Program-made: the position numbers and the translations under genes
Source: an uncultured Caldilineaceae bacterium
GTDB taxonomy: Bacteria; Chloroflexota; Anaerolineae; Caldilineales; Caldilineaceae
Direction: 5' to 3'
DNA length: 32,877 nt
Assembly: GCA_964370975.1 (NCBI GenBank)
Contig: CAYJNV010000006.1
Span: 1-32,877, forward strand
Shown here: positions 1-9,460 of the stretch, one piece after another
Layout of the letters: the number at the start of each line of letters is the position of its first letter
Position numbering within the stretch: position 1 is the first letter of the stretch
The notes under the pieces: generated by a model
Seen by the model: only the letters and a program-made list of their open reading frames with translations
Database searches by the model: none
What the model was told of the DNA's origin: nothing

Positions 1-1
1 A

Positions 2-1519
2 GTGCGCATGTATTCGTGGCTACTGGCCATGAGCCTGCTGAGCACGCTGGCGCTTTGGCAACTGCTGGAAGAACCGCGCGCGATTGTGCGTCGGCAGCGC
101 ATTGGCTGGGGTACAGCCTACGCTGTCTCGGTCGCGGCGTGCGTCTATCTGCACTACTATGGCGCGCTTGTCCCGATTGTCCAGGCCCTCTTTGTGGCCG
201 GGTGGGCCATTGCCACGCGCCGCTGGACGCCAACGCTGCTGTGGGCAGGATGGTCGGCGGGCGCACTGCTGCTTTTTGCGCCGTGGCTGCCGCGCGCGCT
301 GGGCATTTTCGGCTTTGGCGGCTGGCGCACAGACGGCACTGTGGCCGAGATGCCGTGGCGCTATCTGGCGGCCTACAGCGGCAGCGCAAACATGCCCACA
401 CCCTGGGACGACGTCATCCCCTGGATGACTCTGGTACTGGCGCTGCTGGGCGCAATCTGGTGGGTGCGCACGCGGCCTGCAGGCGGGCTGCTTATGACAG
501 CAATGGCCCTACTGCCTTTTGCGGGCGTGCTGCTGCTGGCTCTGCGCAATCCCGATTACCACGAACGGTACATTATCTTTGTGAGCGGGCCGTTTCTGGC
601 GCTGGCGGCCGCCGGCACCATCGCGCTGGAGCCGCGGTTATGGTCGAGCAATCGCGCCAAACGACGCCTCCACGGGCTGCCTGTGGCCACAGCAGCCGTC
701 GCCGCCATTCTGCTGAGCGCAAATTTCGCCGCGCTGGCCGAATCCTATGGCAACACCACCCTGCACAAACCCGGCTACCGTGCCGCTGCGGAACGCATTC
801 AGCGCGAGCAGCGGCCTGGTGACGTGATCCTGGTTGACGGCCCCAACCCTGAACAGGTCTTTGAGCACTACTACACGGGTGGCCTGCCCGTCGTGGATTT
901 GCGCCACCTCGAAGGCGCGTCTGCAGATGCAGTGGACGCGCAGCTGCGCGCTGCCACAAAGGGCGCGCAGCGCGTTTGGGAGTTGCTCTACTTCCATCCC
1001 CCAGGGCCCGTACAGGTGTGGCTGGCCACAAATGGCTGGGCCACCGAGCCGACCTACCACAACAACATCCGCGTAACTTTGTACGGCCTGGCAGACGGCG
1101 CGGGGCAAGTGAGCCGCGACGTCAAACACTATGGCCCGCCGCCAGCCTATGGGGACGCGCTCACACTCGAGCGCGCCGTCATCGCACCCGTTGCAGTCAC
1201 GCACGGTGACGTGGTGCGCGTAACCACCGACTGGCTCACGCACACGACCCCGCCTGACTGGAAGTTCAGCCTGCGCCTGCTCGCTGCGCAAGACAAGCAA
1301 GTGCAAGCGGTTGACTATACGCCCCAAAATTGGTTTGCGCCGACCTCGGCGTGGACTGTAGGCCGACCGGCGCGCGATCAACACGGTCTGCTAACGAACG
1401 AACTGGCGACGGGCGTGTACACCGTTACGCTGCGCTTGTATGACGAACACACGGGCGCGCCGGTGCAAACGGCCATCGGCGCGGATATTCCCTTGGGGAC
1501 GCTGGAGGTGCTGCCATGA
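2..1519 (+). CDS. GT-C-type polytopic membrane glycosyltransferase, 5'-truncated by the window edge
   Basis: The frame is open from nt 2, so the gene probably continues upstream. The N-part has several hydrophobic helices (WLLAMSLLSTLAL, LLLFAPWLP, LLPFAGVLLLAL). A soluble part follows, ending in a C-terminal module (GDALTLERAVIAP..VVRVTTDW..YTVTLRLYDEHTGAPV) that recurs in the next two ORFs. The TGA stop overlaps the next start (ATGA at 1516-1519). Confidence 0.7.
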   Translation: MRMYSWLLAMSLLSTLALWQLLEEPRAIVRRQRIGWGTAYAVSVAACVYLHYYGALVPIVQALFVAGWAIATRRWTPTLLWAGWSAGALLLFAPWLPRALGIFGFGGWRTDGTVAEMPWRYLAAYSGSANMPTPWDDVIPWMTLVLALLGAIWWVRTRPAGGLLMTAMALLPFAGVLLLALRNPDYHERYIIFVSGPFLALAAAGTIALEPRLWSSNRAKRRLHGLPVATAAVAAILLSANFAALAESYGNTTLHKPGYRAAAERIQREQRPGDVILVDGPNPEQVFEHYYTGGLPVVDLRHLEGASADAVDAQLRAATKGAQRVWELLYFHPPGPVQVWLATNGWATEPTYHNNIRVTLYGLADGAGQVSRDVKHYGPPPAYGDALTLERAVIAPVAVTHGDVVRVTTDWLTHTTPPDWKFSLRLLAAQDKQVQAVDYTPQNWFAPTSAWTVGRPARDQHGLLTNELATGVYTVTLRLYDEHTGAPVQTAIGADIPLGTLEVLP

Positions 1520-3609
1520 GCGCGCCTTCGCCGCAACTTCGGGCCCCCGTGCGCCCGAGCCACAATCTGTCGCGCTGGCTGCTGCTGGCGCTGACCATCG
1601 GCGCATTTGCACATGTGGCCATTGCGCTGGGCATGAAGGACCTCTGGTGGGATGAGAGCCTCAGCCTACAGCGCGCAGAGTCGGGCCTGTGGCCTCTGTT
1701 GCGCGGGCTACTCATCCTCAAGGACGGCATTGGCGAAGTGCCGACCATAGACCAGCATCCCTTCTTCTACTTCCTCTTGCAAGGGCTGCTGGTGCGCACA
1801 GCCGGCGAGAGCGAATATGCGCTGCGCTTCGTTTCGGCGATGGCCGCTACGCTGCTCGTGCCCAGCGTCTATGTGCTCTCGCACCACTATGCGCGCAATG
1901 GCGTGCTGCCCCGCAGCGCGCCCCTGTGGAGCGCACTCCTCGCTGCCACAAGCCCATTCTTCCTCTGGTACGGTCAGGAGGCGCGCCCCTATGCGCTGTG
2001 GGCCATGCTTGCCGTGCTCAGCACCTATCTGCTCTTGCGCAGTGTTGCGCCAAGTCAGCGTCAAATAGCCTTGCGCAAATGGCGCATTGGCTACGCTATC
2101 GCTCTGCTCTGCTTCCTTGCCACGCACTATTTCGCCATCTTCCTGCTCCCCATTCATGCGCTCGTGCTCTACCTGGGGCTGCGCGACAACTATCGGCGCC
2201 TGGCGCTGCTTCTGGCCATCGGCTTGTTGATGGCCGGCGCCGGAATGGGCCTCGCGGCATTGTGGCTCGTCCTGCGCCAAGGCGGCGGCGGCAATTTCCA
2301 GACGATTACCCTGGCCGTTCTGCTGCCCGATTTGCTCAATGCGTTCAGCATGGGCCTCAGCGTCGACATCAGCAAGGTGCGTTGGCTTGACTACACCATG
2401 GGGGCAATCGCACTTTTGGGCGGTCTATGGATGCTGCGCCTACGCGACGCCAGGTCCAGCATGCGCTGGGTGATTGCCGCGTCGCTGCTCACACCCATTG
2501 CCATCCTCTTCACTGTCAACCTCATGCGCCCCGTCTACATGAACGCGCGCCACATGAGCCTGATCGCGGGCTTCTACATCATCCTGCTGGGCGCCGGGCT
2601 GAGCGTCATTCAGAGTCGCTTGCGTGGCGGGCGGATCGTGGCAGCGGCCCTTGCGGTGCTTATGCTGGCTGGATCTGCCTACAGCACCTTCAACTACTAC
2701 ACGCAGGAGTTCTACGCCAAGGACAACTTCACCGCGCTGGGCGAGTACATGAATGGGCGCATAATGGCGGGTGACGCCGTGCTCTACTTTACGCCTGCCT
2801 CCTGGCGCACCTATGACTATTACACGCCTCTCCACCATGTGCGCGATGCGATTGCCCAGGGCGCGCCGATGGCACTCTATGGTGTTCCCCTGCTCGACGA
2901 CAACAGCGACAAGACCATTGCCTTGCTTGAGGATTTGGGCAAACGCTACCGCCGCATCTGGTTCATGAAGTCGGGCACGGTTCCCTATATAGACCCCGAT
3001 AAGACGGTTGAAAACTGGCTGCGCGACAACTACCTGCTCGTGCGCGACGCCGAATTCTACAGTGTTTCCACGCTGCACGCGCAGCTCTACCTGCCGCAGG
3101 TGCCCGTCTACGAGGAAATGCCGCCCGGTATCCAGATGCCGACGCAAATTGTCTTCGGCGATCAGGTGCAGCTTGACGGTTACTCAATTGACGCCGACGC
3201 ATGGGCAGCAAGGGGCTATGGTCTGCCGCTGCCCGTCACGCTCTACTGGCAGGCAGCCAACGGCAAGCCCACCGTGCGCTACAAGTATGTTCTGAGCCTC
3301 GTTGCACCCGGCGAGGGCGCACCGAAGATTCTGGGCATTGCCGAGCATGAACCCTATGAAGGAGCCATTCCCACCATCTACTGGGACCCTGGCAAGATCA
3401 TTGCCGAATACATCGAACTGGAAGCCGAACCGCCGCCGCTGGCCAGCACCCCGGTGCTTAGCCTGCGCATATACGACGCCGAAACGCTCGAGGTGTTGCC
3501 AGTCACTGCCAGCGGGGGCAACGAGGTGCTGGATGATGGCTTCACCGTGGTGCTGCCCCTTCCCACAGTTGCGGCAGGACCGGAGTCCGATGCGGAGTCG
3601 CAGCCGTGA
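1516..3609 (+). CDS. GT-C family membrane glycosyltransferase (PMT_2/ArnT-like, GT39/GT83 type)
   Basis: 697-aa ORF whose ATG overlaps the upstream stop. It has many TM helices. An acidic first-loop motif LWWDESLSLQRA follows TM1, as in PMT/ArnT-type enzymes. The C-terminal soluble module reads FGDQVQLDGYSI..PVTLYWQA..IPTIYWDPGK..LSLRIYDAETLEVLPV. Confidence 0.8.
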   Translation: MSAPSPQLRAPVRPSHNLSRWLLLALTIGAFAHVAIALGMKDLWWDESLSLQRAESGLWPLLRGLLILKDGIGEVPTIDQHPFFYFLLQGLLVRTAGESEYALRFVSAMAATLLVPSVYVLSHHYARNGVLPRSAPLWSALLAATSPFFLWYGQEARPYALWAMLAVLSTYLLLRSVAPSQRQIALRKWRIGYAIALLCFLATHYFAIFLLPIHALVLYLGLRDNYRRLALLLAIGLLMAGAGMGLAALWLVLRQGGGGNFQTITLAVLLPDLLNAFSMGLSVDISKVRWLDYTMGAIALLGGLWMLRLRDARSSMRWVIAASLLTPIAILFTVNLMRPVYMNARHMSLIAGFYIILLGAGLSVIQSRLRGGRIVAAALAVLMLAGSAYSTFNYYTQEFYAKDNFTALGEYMNGRIMAGDAVLYFTPASWRTYDYYTPLHHVRDAIAQGAPMALYGVPLLDDNSDKTIALLEDLGKRYRRIWFMKSGTVPYIDPDKTVENWLRDNYLLVRDAEFYSVSTLHAQLYLPQVPVYEEMPPGIQMPTQIVFGDQVQLDGYSIDADAWAARGYGLPLPVTLYWQAANGKPTVRYKYVLSLVAPGEGAPKILGIAEHEPYEGAIPTIYWDPGKIIAEYIELEAEPPPLASTPVLSLRIYDAETLEVLPVTASGGNEVLDDGFTVVLPLPTVAAGPESDAESQP

Positions 3610-5891
3610 GCACGCGTGCCGGGCGCCTGCTGCCCGTGCTCATTGTGGCGGGATTCGTACTCGTCGCATTTTCCTTCAGTTTGCGCGTACCCCCCTTTGA
3701 GACGCCTGACGAGGTGAACCACTATGCCTTTGCGCGCAACGTCGCACAGGGCAAGGGGCTACCCATTCAGGCCGCAACGCCCACTGGTCCCTGGGAACAC
3801 GAAGGCAGCCAGCCCCCTCTTTACTACCTCATCACAGGCGCGCTGACGAGCGGGATCGACCAGTCGGACTTTACCGCACTGGCAACGCGCAACCCACGCG
3901 CCAACATCGGCAACCCGCTCTATCCCGGCAACAAGAATTTCATGCTCTACAGTGGGGCCAATCGCCCACTGCGCGGCAGCAATCTTGCGCTGCACGTGGG
4001 TCGCTGGTTCTCCATCGCGCTGGGCGCATGCACGCTCTGGCTTATCCTGATGACGGCGCGGCTGGCCTTTGGCGCAAACGACCCGCGCGCGCCCCTTGCC
4101 ATGGCGCTGGCCGCCGCCATACCCCAGTTCGCCTTCATTCATGGCTCCTTCAGCAATGATGCACTCATCACTTTGATGAGCGCCGCCACACTCTTTTGGC
4201 TCGCACGCCTGGCTGTCAAGGACGACGAAGAGACGATTGCGCGGTGGGAGTGGCTCCTGCTTGGCGTGCTGCTGGGTGGCGCGGCGCTGAGCAAGCTGCA
4301 GGGGCTTGGCCTGAGCCTGCTTGCGGGCATGATGATCCTTTCGCTTGTCTGGCGGCGGCGCGACATGCGCCTCGTTTTGCGGGCGCTGCCCTGGGTGGCG
4401 CTGCCCCCGTTGCTGATCGCCGGCTGGTGGTTCGTCCGCAACATTGCACTTTATGACGACGTGACAGGGACAACGCTCCTGCTGACGGTCAACGGGCTAC
4501 GCACCGCCGCCATGGACATGGCCGACTGGTGGCTCGAGTTCCGCGGGCTGCGCTACTCCTTTTGGGGACTGTTCGGCTGGTTCAATCTCCTGTTGCCGCA
4601 GTGGTTCTACAGCCTCATGGATGCCCTGACCATAGTGGCAATAGGCGGGGCCGTCGCGGGGCTCCTCCGGCGGCGGCAGAGCGGGCGGATTGCAGCGCGC
4701 GACGCAGCCACGCGCGTGCTCCTGCTGTTGCTTGTGTGGGCGCTGCTCGTCACAGGTCTGCTGTTTTCTTTCACATCGCAGGCCACAGCCAGCCAGGGAC
4801 GGCTCCTCTTTCCGGCCATCAGCGCCATTGCCATTCTGGGCGTGCTGGGTATGGAGACCTGGCTGCGGCCACTGCCGCGCTTGGTCGCGACGATCTTTTG
4901 GAGCGGCTTGCTCACCCTGCTTGTGGGCTGTTCCTTTTACGCGCTTGCGGTGATGCTGCCACGCGCCTATCAGAGCGTCGGGTCACTGGACGCGCTACCC
5001 AGCACCGCGCAGACGACAGATGTTCGTTACGCCGGCGCCACCCCCATTGACTTGCTGGGGATTGAAGCGCCGGCGCGCGCCGCCGCCGGGGTCGATGTGC
5101 CGGTGACGCTTTACCTCAGCGCGCCCATCACCCCCACACGCGATGAAGAACTGTTTGTGCAGTTACTTGACGAATCGGGCAACGCCATTGCCAACGTCAC
5201 CTCACACCCTGGCTGGGGGCGCAACCCCACCACCCTCTGGCGCGCCGGCGCCATCTACCCTGATGCGTATGCCCTGGCGCTGACGCGTGCGATTGACAAC
5301 CGCTCGCCTCTGGCTGCACGCCTCTACGTGGGCTTTGTGGACCCGGCAACGGCTGCGCAGGGCAATCGGCCGCTGCCCGCCAGCAACGCCGCCGGCGAGC
5401 GCATTGTCCCCTTTGTGGCCACGGTGGTTATCGAACCGATTGACCCGCCAACGCTTGAGAATACCGGATTGCGCGCACTTGGCGCGTCCTTTGGCGACGT
5501 AATACGCGTGGCAGGCGCGGCGCTCTCGAGCGAGCATGTGCAAGCGGGCAACGCGGTGACGGCCACGGTCCTCTACGACGCATTGGGCCAGCCCGCCACA
5601 GAGTACACGGCCTTTGTGCATCTTCTCAACGAGGCCGGTGAGCAGGTGGCCGGCTTTGACAAGGCCCCTGCCGACGGCCGTCTGCCCACAAGCCTGTGGC
5701 GTTCAGGCGACGCGATCGCGACGGACTTCCCCATTGCGTTGCCAACCGGTCTGCCTCACGGCGCATACAGCGTCATCACCGGCCTCTACGAGAGCAGCAG
5801 CGAGGGCGCGCGCCGCCTGCCAGTGAGCGACGCCGCAGGACACCCGTCAGGCGACGGCTGGGTGCAAATCGGGCGCATCACGGTCGAGTAA
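3606..5891 (+). CDS. DUF2142-like GT-C-type polytopic membrane protein (putative glycosyltransferase) with duplicated C-terminal module
   Basis: 761-aa ORF whose GTG start overlaps the upstream stop (GTGA at 3606-3609). After TM1 comes RVPPFETPDEVNHYAFARNVAQG, the PDE..H first-loop motif I associate with DUF2142. It has more than 10 hydrophobic helices. Two copies of the soluble module are present (..VPVTLYLSAP..PTTLWRAG.. and FGDVIRVAGAAL..VTATVLYDA..LPTSLWRSGD..YSVITGLYES..RLPV). Confidence 0.75.
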   Translation: MSTRAGRLLPVLIVAGFVLVAFSFSLRVPPFETPDEVNHYAFARNVAQGKGLPIQAATPTGPWEHEGSQPPLYYLITGALTSGIDQSDFTALATRNPRANIGNPLYPGNKNFMLYSGANRPLRGSNLALHVGRWFSIALGACTLWLILMTARLAFGANDPRAPLAMALAAAIPQFAFIHGSFSNDALITLMSAATLFWLARLAVKDDEETIARWEWLLLGVLLGGAALSKLQGLGLSLLAGMMILSLVWRRRDMRLVLRALPWVALPPLLIAGWWFVRNIALYDDVTGTTLLLTVNGLRTAAMDMADWWLEFRGLRYSFWGLFGWFNLLLPQWFYSLMDALTIVAIGGAVAGLLRRRQSGRIAARDAATRVLLLLLVWALLVTGLLFSFTSQATASQGRLLFPAISAIAILGVLGMETWLRPLPRLVATIFWSGLLTLLVGCSFYALAVMLPRAYQSVGSLDALPSTAQTTDVRYAGATPIDLLGIEAPARAAAGVDVPVTLYLSAPITPTRDEELFVQLLDESGNAIANVTSHPGWGRNPTTLWRAGAIYPDAYALALTRAIDNRSPLAARLYVGFVDPATAAQGNRPLPASNAAGERIVPFVATVVIEPIDPPTLENTGLRALGASFGDVIRVAGAALSSEHVQAGNAVTATVLYDALGQPATEYTAFVHLLNEAGEQVAGFDKAPADGRLPTSLWRSGDAIATDFPIALPTGLPHGAYSVITGLYESSSEGARRLPVSDAAGHPSGDGWVQIGRITVE

Positions 5892-5900
5892 GCCCGGCGC

Positions 5901-8456
5901 CTACTCTGTATCGTCGGATTCGGCAACGGGCTCCGGGTCGGGTTGCTTGCGGCTCCTGCGCGGCTTGCGGGCAGACTTGGGCTCCTCTTCCTCCACAAGA
6001 TCGTCCGCCTTCTTGCGCACTTCGGTCAGTTCCTGCAGCCGGTCGGTTACCTTGCGGTTGAAGGAATTCTTGGCATAGACCCCACCTTTGCCCGGCTCAC
6101 CGGCGGCCATGCCCGAGAGCAATTCAATGCCCTCATTGACAGAGGTCACCGCCCATACCGAAAAGCTGCCGGCGCGCACGGCGGCAACCACGTCCTCGCG
6201 CAGCATGAGATGCTGGACATTGGCGGCGGGTATCATGACGCCCTGATCGCCCGTCAGCCCACGCGCTGCACAGAGGTCGTAGAAACCCTCGATCTTCTCG
6301 TTGAGGCCGCCCACGGCCTGCACCTCGCCCAGTTGATTGACCGAGCCGGTGACGCCAATGTCCTGACGCAGGGGCACGCGCGCAATGGCCGAAAGCAGCA
6401 CGTAGAGTTCAGCAGCCGAGGCGCTGTCGCCCTCCACGCCGCCGTAGTTCTGCTCGAAAACCAGACTGGCGGCCAGCGAGAAGGGCTCCTCGGGCGCATA
6501 TTGGGCGCGCAAATAGCTCGTGAGGATCATCACCCCTTTGCTGTGAATGGGGCCGCCCATCTCCACCTCGCGCTCAATGTCGATAATCTCGCCCGAGCCG
6601 AGGCGCACGGTCGCAGTAATGCGCGAAGGGTGGCCGAACTCATGCTTGCCCATCTGCACAACCGAGAGACCATTAAGCTGACCCACGCACGAGCCAGTGG
6701 TGTTGATGAGCAGTGAGCCACGCAATACATCCTCGCGCAGCCGCTCCTCGGTGCGGCTCAGGCGGAACTGGCGTGAGTCGAGGGCTTCTTGCACGTGGCC
6801 GGCATCAACAATCTCGGCCCCCGCCGCGGCCGCCCAGTAGTCGGCCTCCTGCATCAGCCCTTTCAGTTCGCTGATGCGCGCCGACAGACGGAGAGCGTCT
6901 TCAGCCCAGCGCGCACTCTGCTCAATCAGTTGAGCGACAGCGTCACGCGTCAGTGGACGCAGCGCGTCGGCACGTGCAATGGTGGCAATCAACTGCGCGA
7001 AGAGCAGTTCCGTCTCGGGCGAGCGCTCGAGTTCATCGTCAAAGTCGGCGCTCACTTTGAAGAGTTCGCCAAAGTCGGGGTCATGCTCGGCCAGCAGATA
7101 GTAGATGGTCGGTTCACCCAGCAGGATGACCTTGACGTTGAGCGGCACCGGCTCGGGCTCGAGCGAAATCGTGGTCGATAGGCTCATCATTTCGAGCGGC
7201 GACTCGATGCGAATTTCGTGGAACTGGAGCGCGCGCTTGAGTCCCTCCCAACTGGCGGGCGACGTGAGCACCTTCTGCGCGTCCAGAATCAGGTAGCCGC
7301 CATTCGCGCGGTGCAGGCAGCCGGCTTTGATAAGCATAAAATCGGTGATGAGCGCGCCCATTTGCGCAATGTGCTCAACCCGCCCCATCAGGTTGAGATA
7401 GGTGGGGTTGCTTTCGTAGACCACGGGCGCGCCGCGCGCCTCCGAGGCATCGACGATCACATTAACCTGGTAGCGACGGGGCAGGTTGCGGCCCGAGAGA
7501 AAGTTCTGCAGGGGCGAGGCGGAGTTGTCGCCGTCGCTGTGCGCCTCCTCGCCGCCGCCAAGCAGATCCAGCACATGCTCGACAACGTCGGCCTGGAGGC
7601 TTTCGAGCCACGTGATAACATTCGGCTGTTCGTGGTAGCGCTCGAGCAGATCATGGCTCACGAGGTTGAGGACACGCGTGATGATCTCCTGGTGCAGTTC
7701 ACGCGCGCGTATGCGGAACTCGCGCTCCATGGCGGGCACCTTGAAGATGACCTTGCGCAACTCATCCTGCAGCGGCTGGACTCGTTGGCGGTACTGCTCC
7801 TTCTCCTCAGCGGTCAACTGGTCAAATTCTTCGTCGGTCATGACGACGTCACCCTTGAGCGCGCCGAAGGTGAAGCCGTCGGCGGAACGCACGAGTGCCA
7901 GCCCCTGGGCGCGCGCCTGCTCCTGCAGTTCGTAGAGTGTCGCCTCCTGGCGAGCGCTGAATTCGGCCCCGATGCGCTGGCGGCGCAACTGAATCTCCTC
8001 GCCTTCAAAGGCGGCCGAAAGGCCCGTGCGCAGTTCTTCGGTAAAGCGCTGCATGTCGGTGCGCAGTTGCTTGCCCATGCCCGCCGGCAGCGCAAGGGCG
8101 TGCGGCTTCGATGGCTCAGCAAAGTTGTTGACATAGCACCAGTCGCTGGGCGCGTCTTCACTCGCCGCCTGCTGCTCCACATGGCGGCGCACAAGCGTCA
8201 GTTTGCCGGTGCCTGCCGGGCCAAAAGCGAAGATATTGTAGCCCTGGTGACGCATGCGCACGCCCAGGTCTACCGCCTGGCGGGCGCGCGCCTGGCCGAT
8301 GAACTCGTGCAGATCGGGCAACTCGGAGGTGGTGGCAAAGGGCAGGCTCTGCGCGTTGCAGGGCGTGCGCAGCGAATCAGGCGAAAGCGGGGCAATGGGG
8401 GACACGCGCGGTCCTTTCGGGTCAATCGATTTATCCACATGGCCGCGCAAGTGCAC
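5901..8456 (-). CDS. LonC-like Lon-family serine protease (AAA_32-type ATPase-like domain plus Lon_C protease domain)
   Basis: 851-aa ORF. The N-terminal region reads FIGQARARQAVDLGVRMRHQGYNIFAFGPAGTGKLTLV. A long charged helical insertion follows, then GGYLILDA. The C-terminal Lon protease motifs are GVEGDSASAAEL (Ser codon 6423-6425) and GGLNEKIEGF (Lys codon 6294-6296). Alternative start: GTG at 8405, preceded by AGGA 6 nt upstream; the ATG at 8456 has no SD. Confidence 0.85.
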   Translation of the reverse strand: MHLRGHVDKSIDPKGPRVSPIAPLSPDSLRTPCNAQSLPFATTSELPDLHEFIGQARARQAVDLGVRMRHQGYNIFAFGPAGTGKLTLVRRHVEQQAASEDAPSDWCYVNNFAEPSKPHALALPAGMGKQLRTDMQRFTEELRTGLSAAFEGEEIQLRRQRIGAEFSARQEATLYELQEQARAQGLALVRSADGFTFGALKGDVVMTDEEFDQLTAEEKEQYRQRVQPLQDELRKVIFKVPAMEREFRIRARELHQEIITRVLNLVSHDLLERYHEQPNVITWLESLQADVVEHVLDLLGGGEEAHSDGDNSASPLQNFLSGRNLPRRYQVNVIVDASEARGAPVVYESNPTYLNLMGRVEHIAQMGALITDFMLIKAGCLHRANGGYLILDAQKVLTSPASWEGLKRALQFHEIRIESPLEMMSLSTTISLEPEPVPLNVKVILLGEPTIYYLLAEHDPDFGELFKVSADFDDELERSPETELLFAQLIATIARADALRPLTRDAVAQLIEQSARWAEDALRLSARISELKGLMQEADYWAAAAGAEIVDAGHVQEALDSRQFRLSRTEERLREDVLRGSLLINTTGSCVGQLNGLSVVQMGKHEFGHPSRITATVRLGSGEIIDIEREVEMGGPIHSKGVMILTSYLRAQYAPEEPFSLAASLVFEQNYGGVEGDSASAAELYVLLSAIARVPLRQDIGVTGSVNQLGEVQAVGGLNEKIEGFYDLCAARGLTGDQGVMIPAANVQHLMLREDVVAAVRAGSFSVWAVTSVNEGIELLSGMAAGEPGKGGVYAKNSFNRKVTDRLQELTEVRKKADDLVEEEEPKSARKPRRSRKQPDPEPVAESDDTE

Positions 8457-8545
8457 GCGCGCCAGAAGTGGATTGTACAGCGAATGGGCAAAGCAGCCAC
8501 AACCTCACCCCGGCCCCTCGCCACACGCACCGGCGCCCGCTTGCT

Positions 8546-9460
8546 TCACCACGTGGCTGACCACTGGTGCAGCGGCGCAGGCGCGCGCCATGCTTGCGCG
8601 CCGTCGCAGAGGCTGCGCGCAATCAGGTCGGCGCGCGGCAACTGGCGCAGCTTAACCTCCAGCCCCGTGGGCTGCACGTCAAGCTGCAGCCAGCCAAGGG
8701 GGTATTCGATAATGGAAGGCGCAAGCACTGAGAGCGAGCGGAAGCCATTGAAGCCAATCTCGCCCTGCTCATAGCGGTGCGCGTGACCCTGAAATAGAAT
8801 GCGTACGCCACGGTGGCGCGCAAAGATCGTCATCAGGGCGTCGGCGTTGCGCACGGCAAAGTAGGGCTTCCACGGACGGTGCGTGCGCCAGGGGTGGAGC
8901 AACTGGTGCATGAAAGCAAGCACAGGACGTCCGTCTGCCGTGGCAAGGGCATCGTCGATCCGCGCCAACTCGGCGTCGGAGAGCCACCCGTAGACCGGGT
9001 CGCCCGGCTGGGCGGCGCGAATCTGTGCGGCGTCGTGCCCCTGCGCGTTGATGAGCAGGAGGCGCAGACCGTCCACATCCAGGGTGCTGCCCAGACCGTG
9101 GCCCAATCCCCAGAGCTGCTCAAAGATCGCCCAGCCGCCGCCGCCGGGGGGCGTGTCGTGGTTGCCGGGAAGCGCATAGGCGGGCATAGGCAGCGTTGTG
9201 AAATCTGCGTGCAGGCGCGTGATCAGCGGCGCAAAGCCCGCCGCAGGCATGTTGAAGAAGCCGCCGCCGCAGGTGAGATCGCCCAAGTGGATGAGCAGCT
9301 GCGCGTCCGATGCAGCCACCTCCTCCAGCAGCAGCGCATGCAGCGCTTCCGTCTGGTCGAGCAGCATGGCGGCATAATGGCCGCCCGCCGGGGGCGGCGC
9401 AGCGGCCGTGGGCCATACATGGGTGTCGGCAATGAGCGCAATGCGGGTGGCACTCTTCAT
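8546..9460 (-). CDS. metallophosphoesterase (calcineurin-like phosphoesterase family)
   Basis: Signature motifs occur in order: IALIADTHV, HLGDLT, LPGNHD, FMHQ, FQGHAHRY. A strong GGAGGA SD lies upstream. The start overlaps the upstream stop (ATGA at 9457-9460). Confidence 0.85.
   Translation of the reverse strand: MKSATRIALIADTHVWPTAAAPPPAGGHYAAMLLDQTEALHALLLEEVAASDAQLLIHLGDLTCGGGFFNMPAAGFAPLITRLHADFTTLPMPAYALPGNHDTPPGGGGWAIFEQLWGLGHGLGSTLDVDGLRLLLINAQGHDAAQIRAAQPGDPVYGWLSDAELARIDDALATADGRPVLAFMHQLLHPWRTHRPWKPYFAVRNADALMTIFARHRGVRILFQGHAHRYEQGEIGFNGFRSLSVLAPSIIEYPLGWLQLDVQPTGLEVKLRQLPRADLIARSLCDGAQAWRAPAPLHQWSATW

Noticed and set aside
5887-5907. Short inverted repeat GAGTA...TACTC spanning the 9-nt gap between the convergent stop codons of the GT-C gene and the Lon-like gene. 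There is a similar 12-nt convergent gap at 17943-17954.
   Set aside because: Only 5+2 bp pair around a mismatch, and the repeat partly consists of the stop codons themselves. That is too weak to call a bidirectional terminator. I note only that convergent transcription has essentially no spacer here.
5901-8456. The idea that the Lon-like gene is a BrxL-type component of a BREX-like phage-defence system.
   Set aside because: No PglX methyltransferase, PglZ phosphatase, BrxA/B/C or any other defence-type gene is adjacent. The neighbours are envelope and housekeeping genes. The domain layout fits LonC/AAA_32-type proteases better.
7218-8774. 518-aa plus-strand ORF. Similar long ORFs occur at 638-1384(-), 10188-11489(+), 11853-12830(-), 17160-17840(-), 20510-21547(-) and 29228-30403(-).
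   Set aside because: All lie antisense to or out of frame with genes that carry clear family motifs (Lon, GH, M50/HD, methyltransferase, GT-C, tsf/pyrH). Their translations are Arg/Ala/Gly/Pro-rich with no recognisable motifs. This is the usual shadow-ORF artefact of high-GC DNA.
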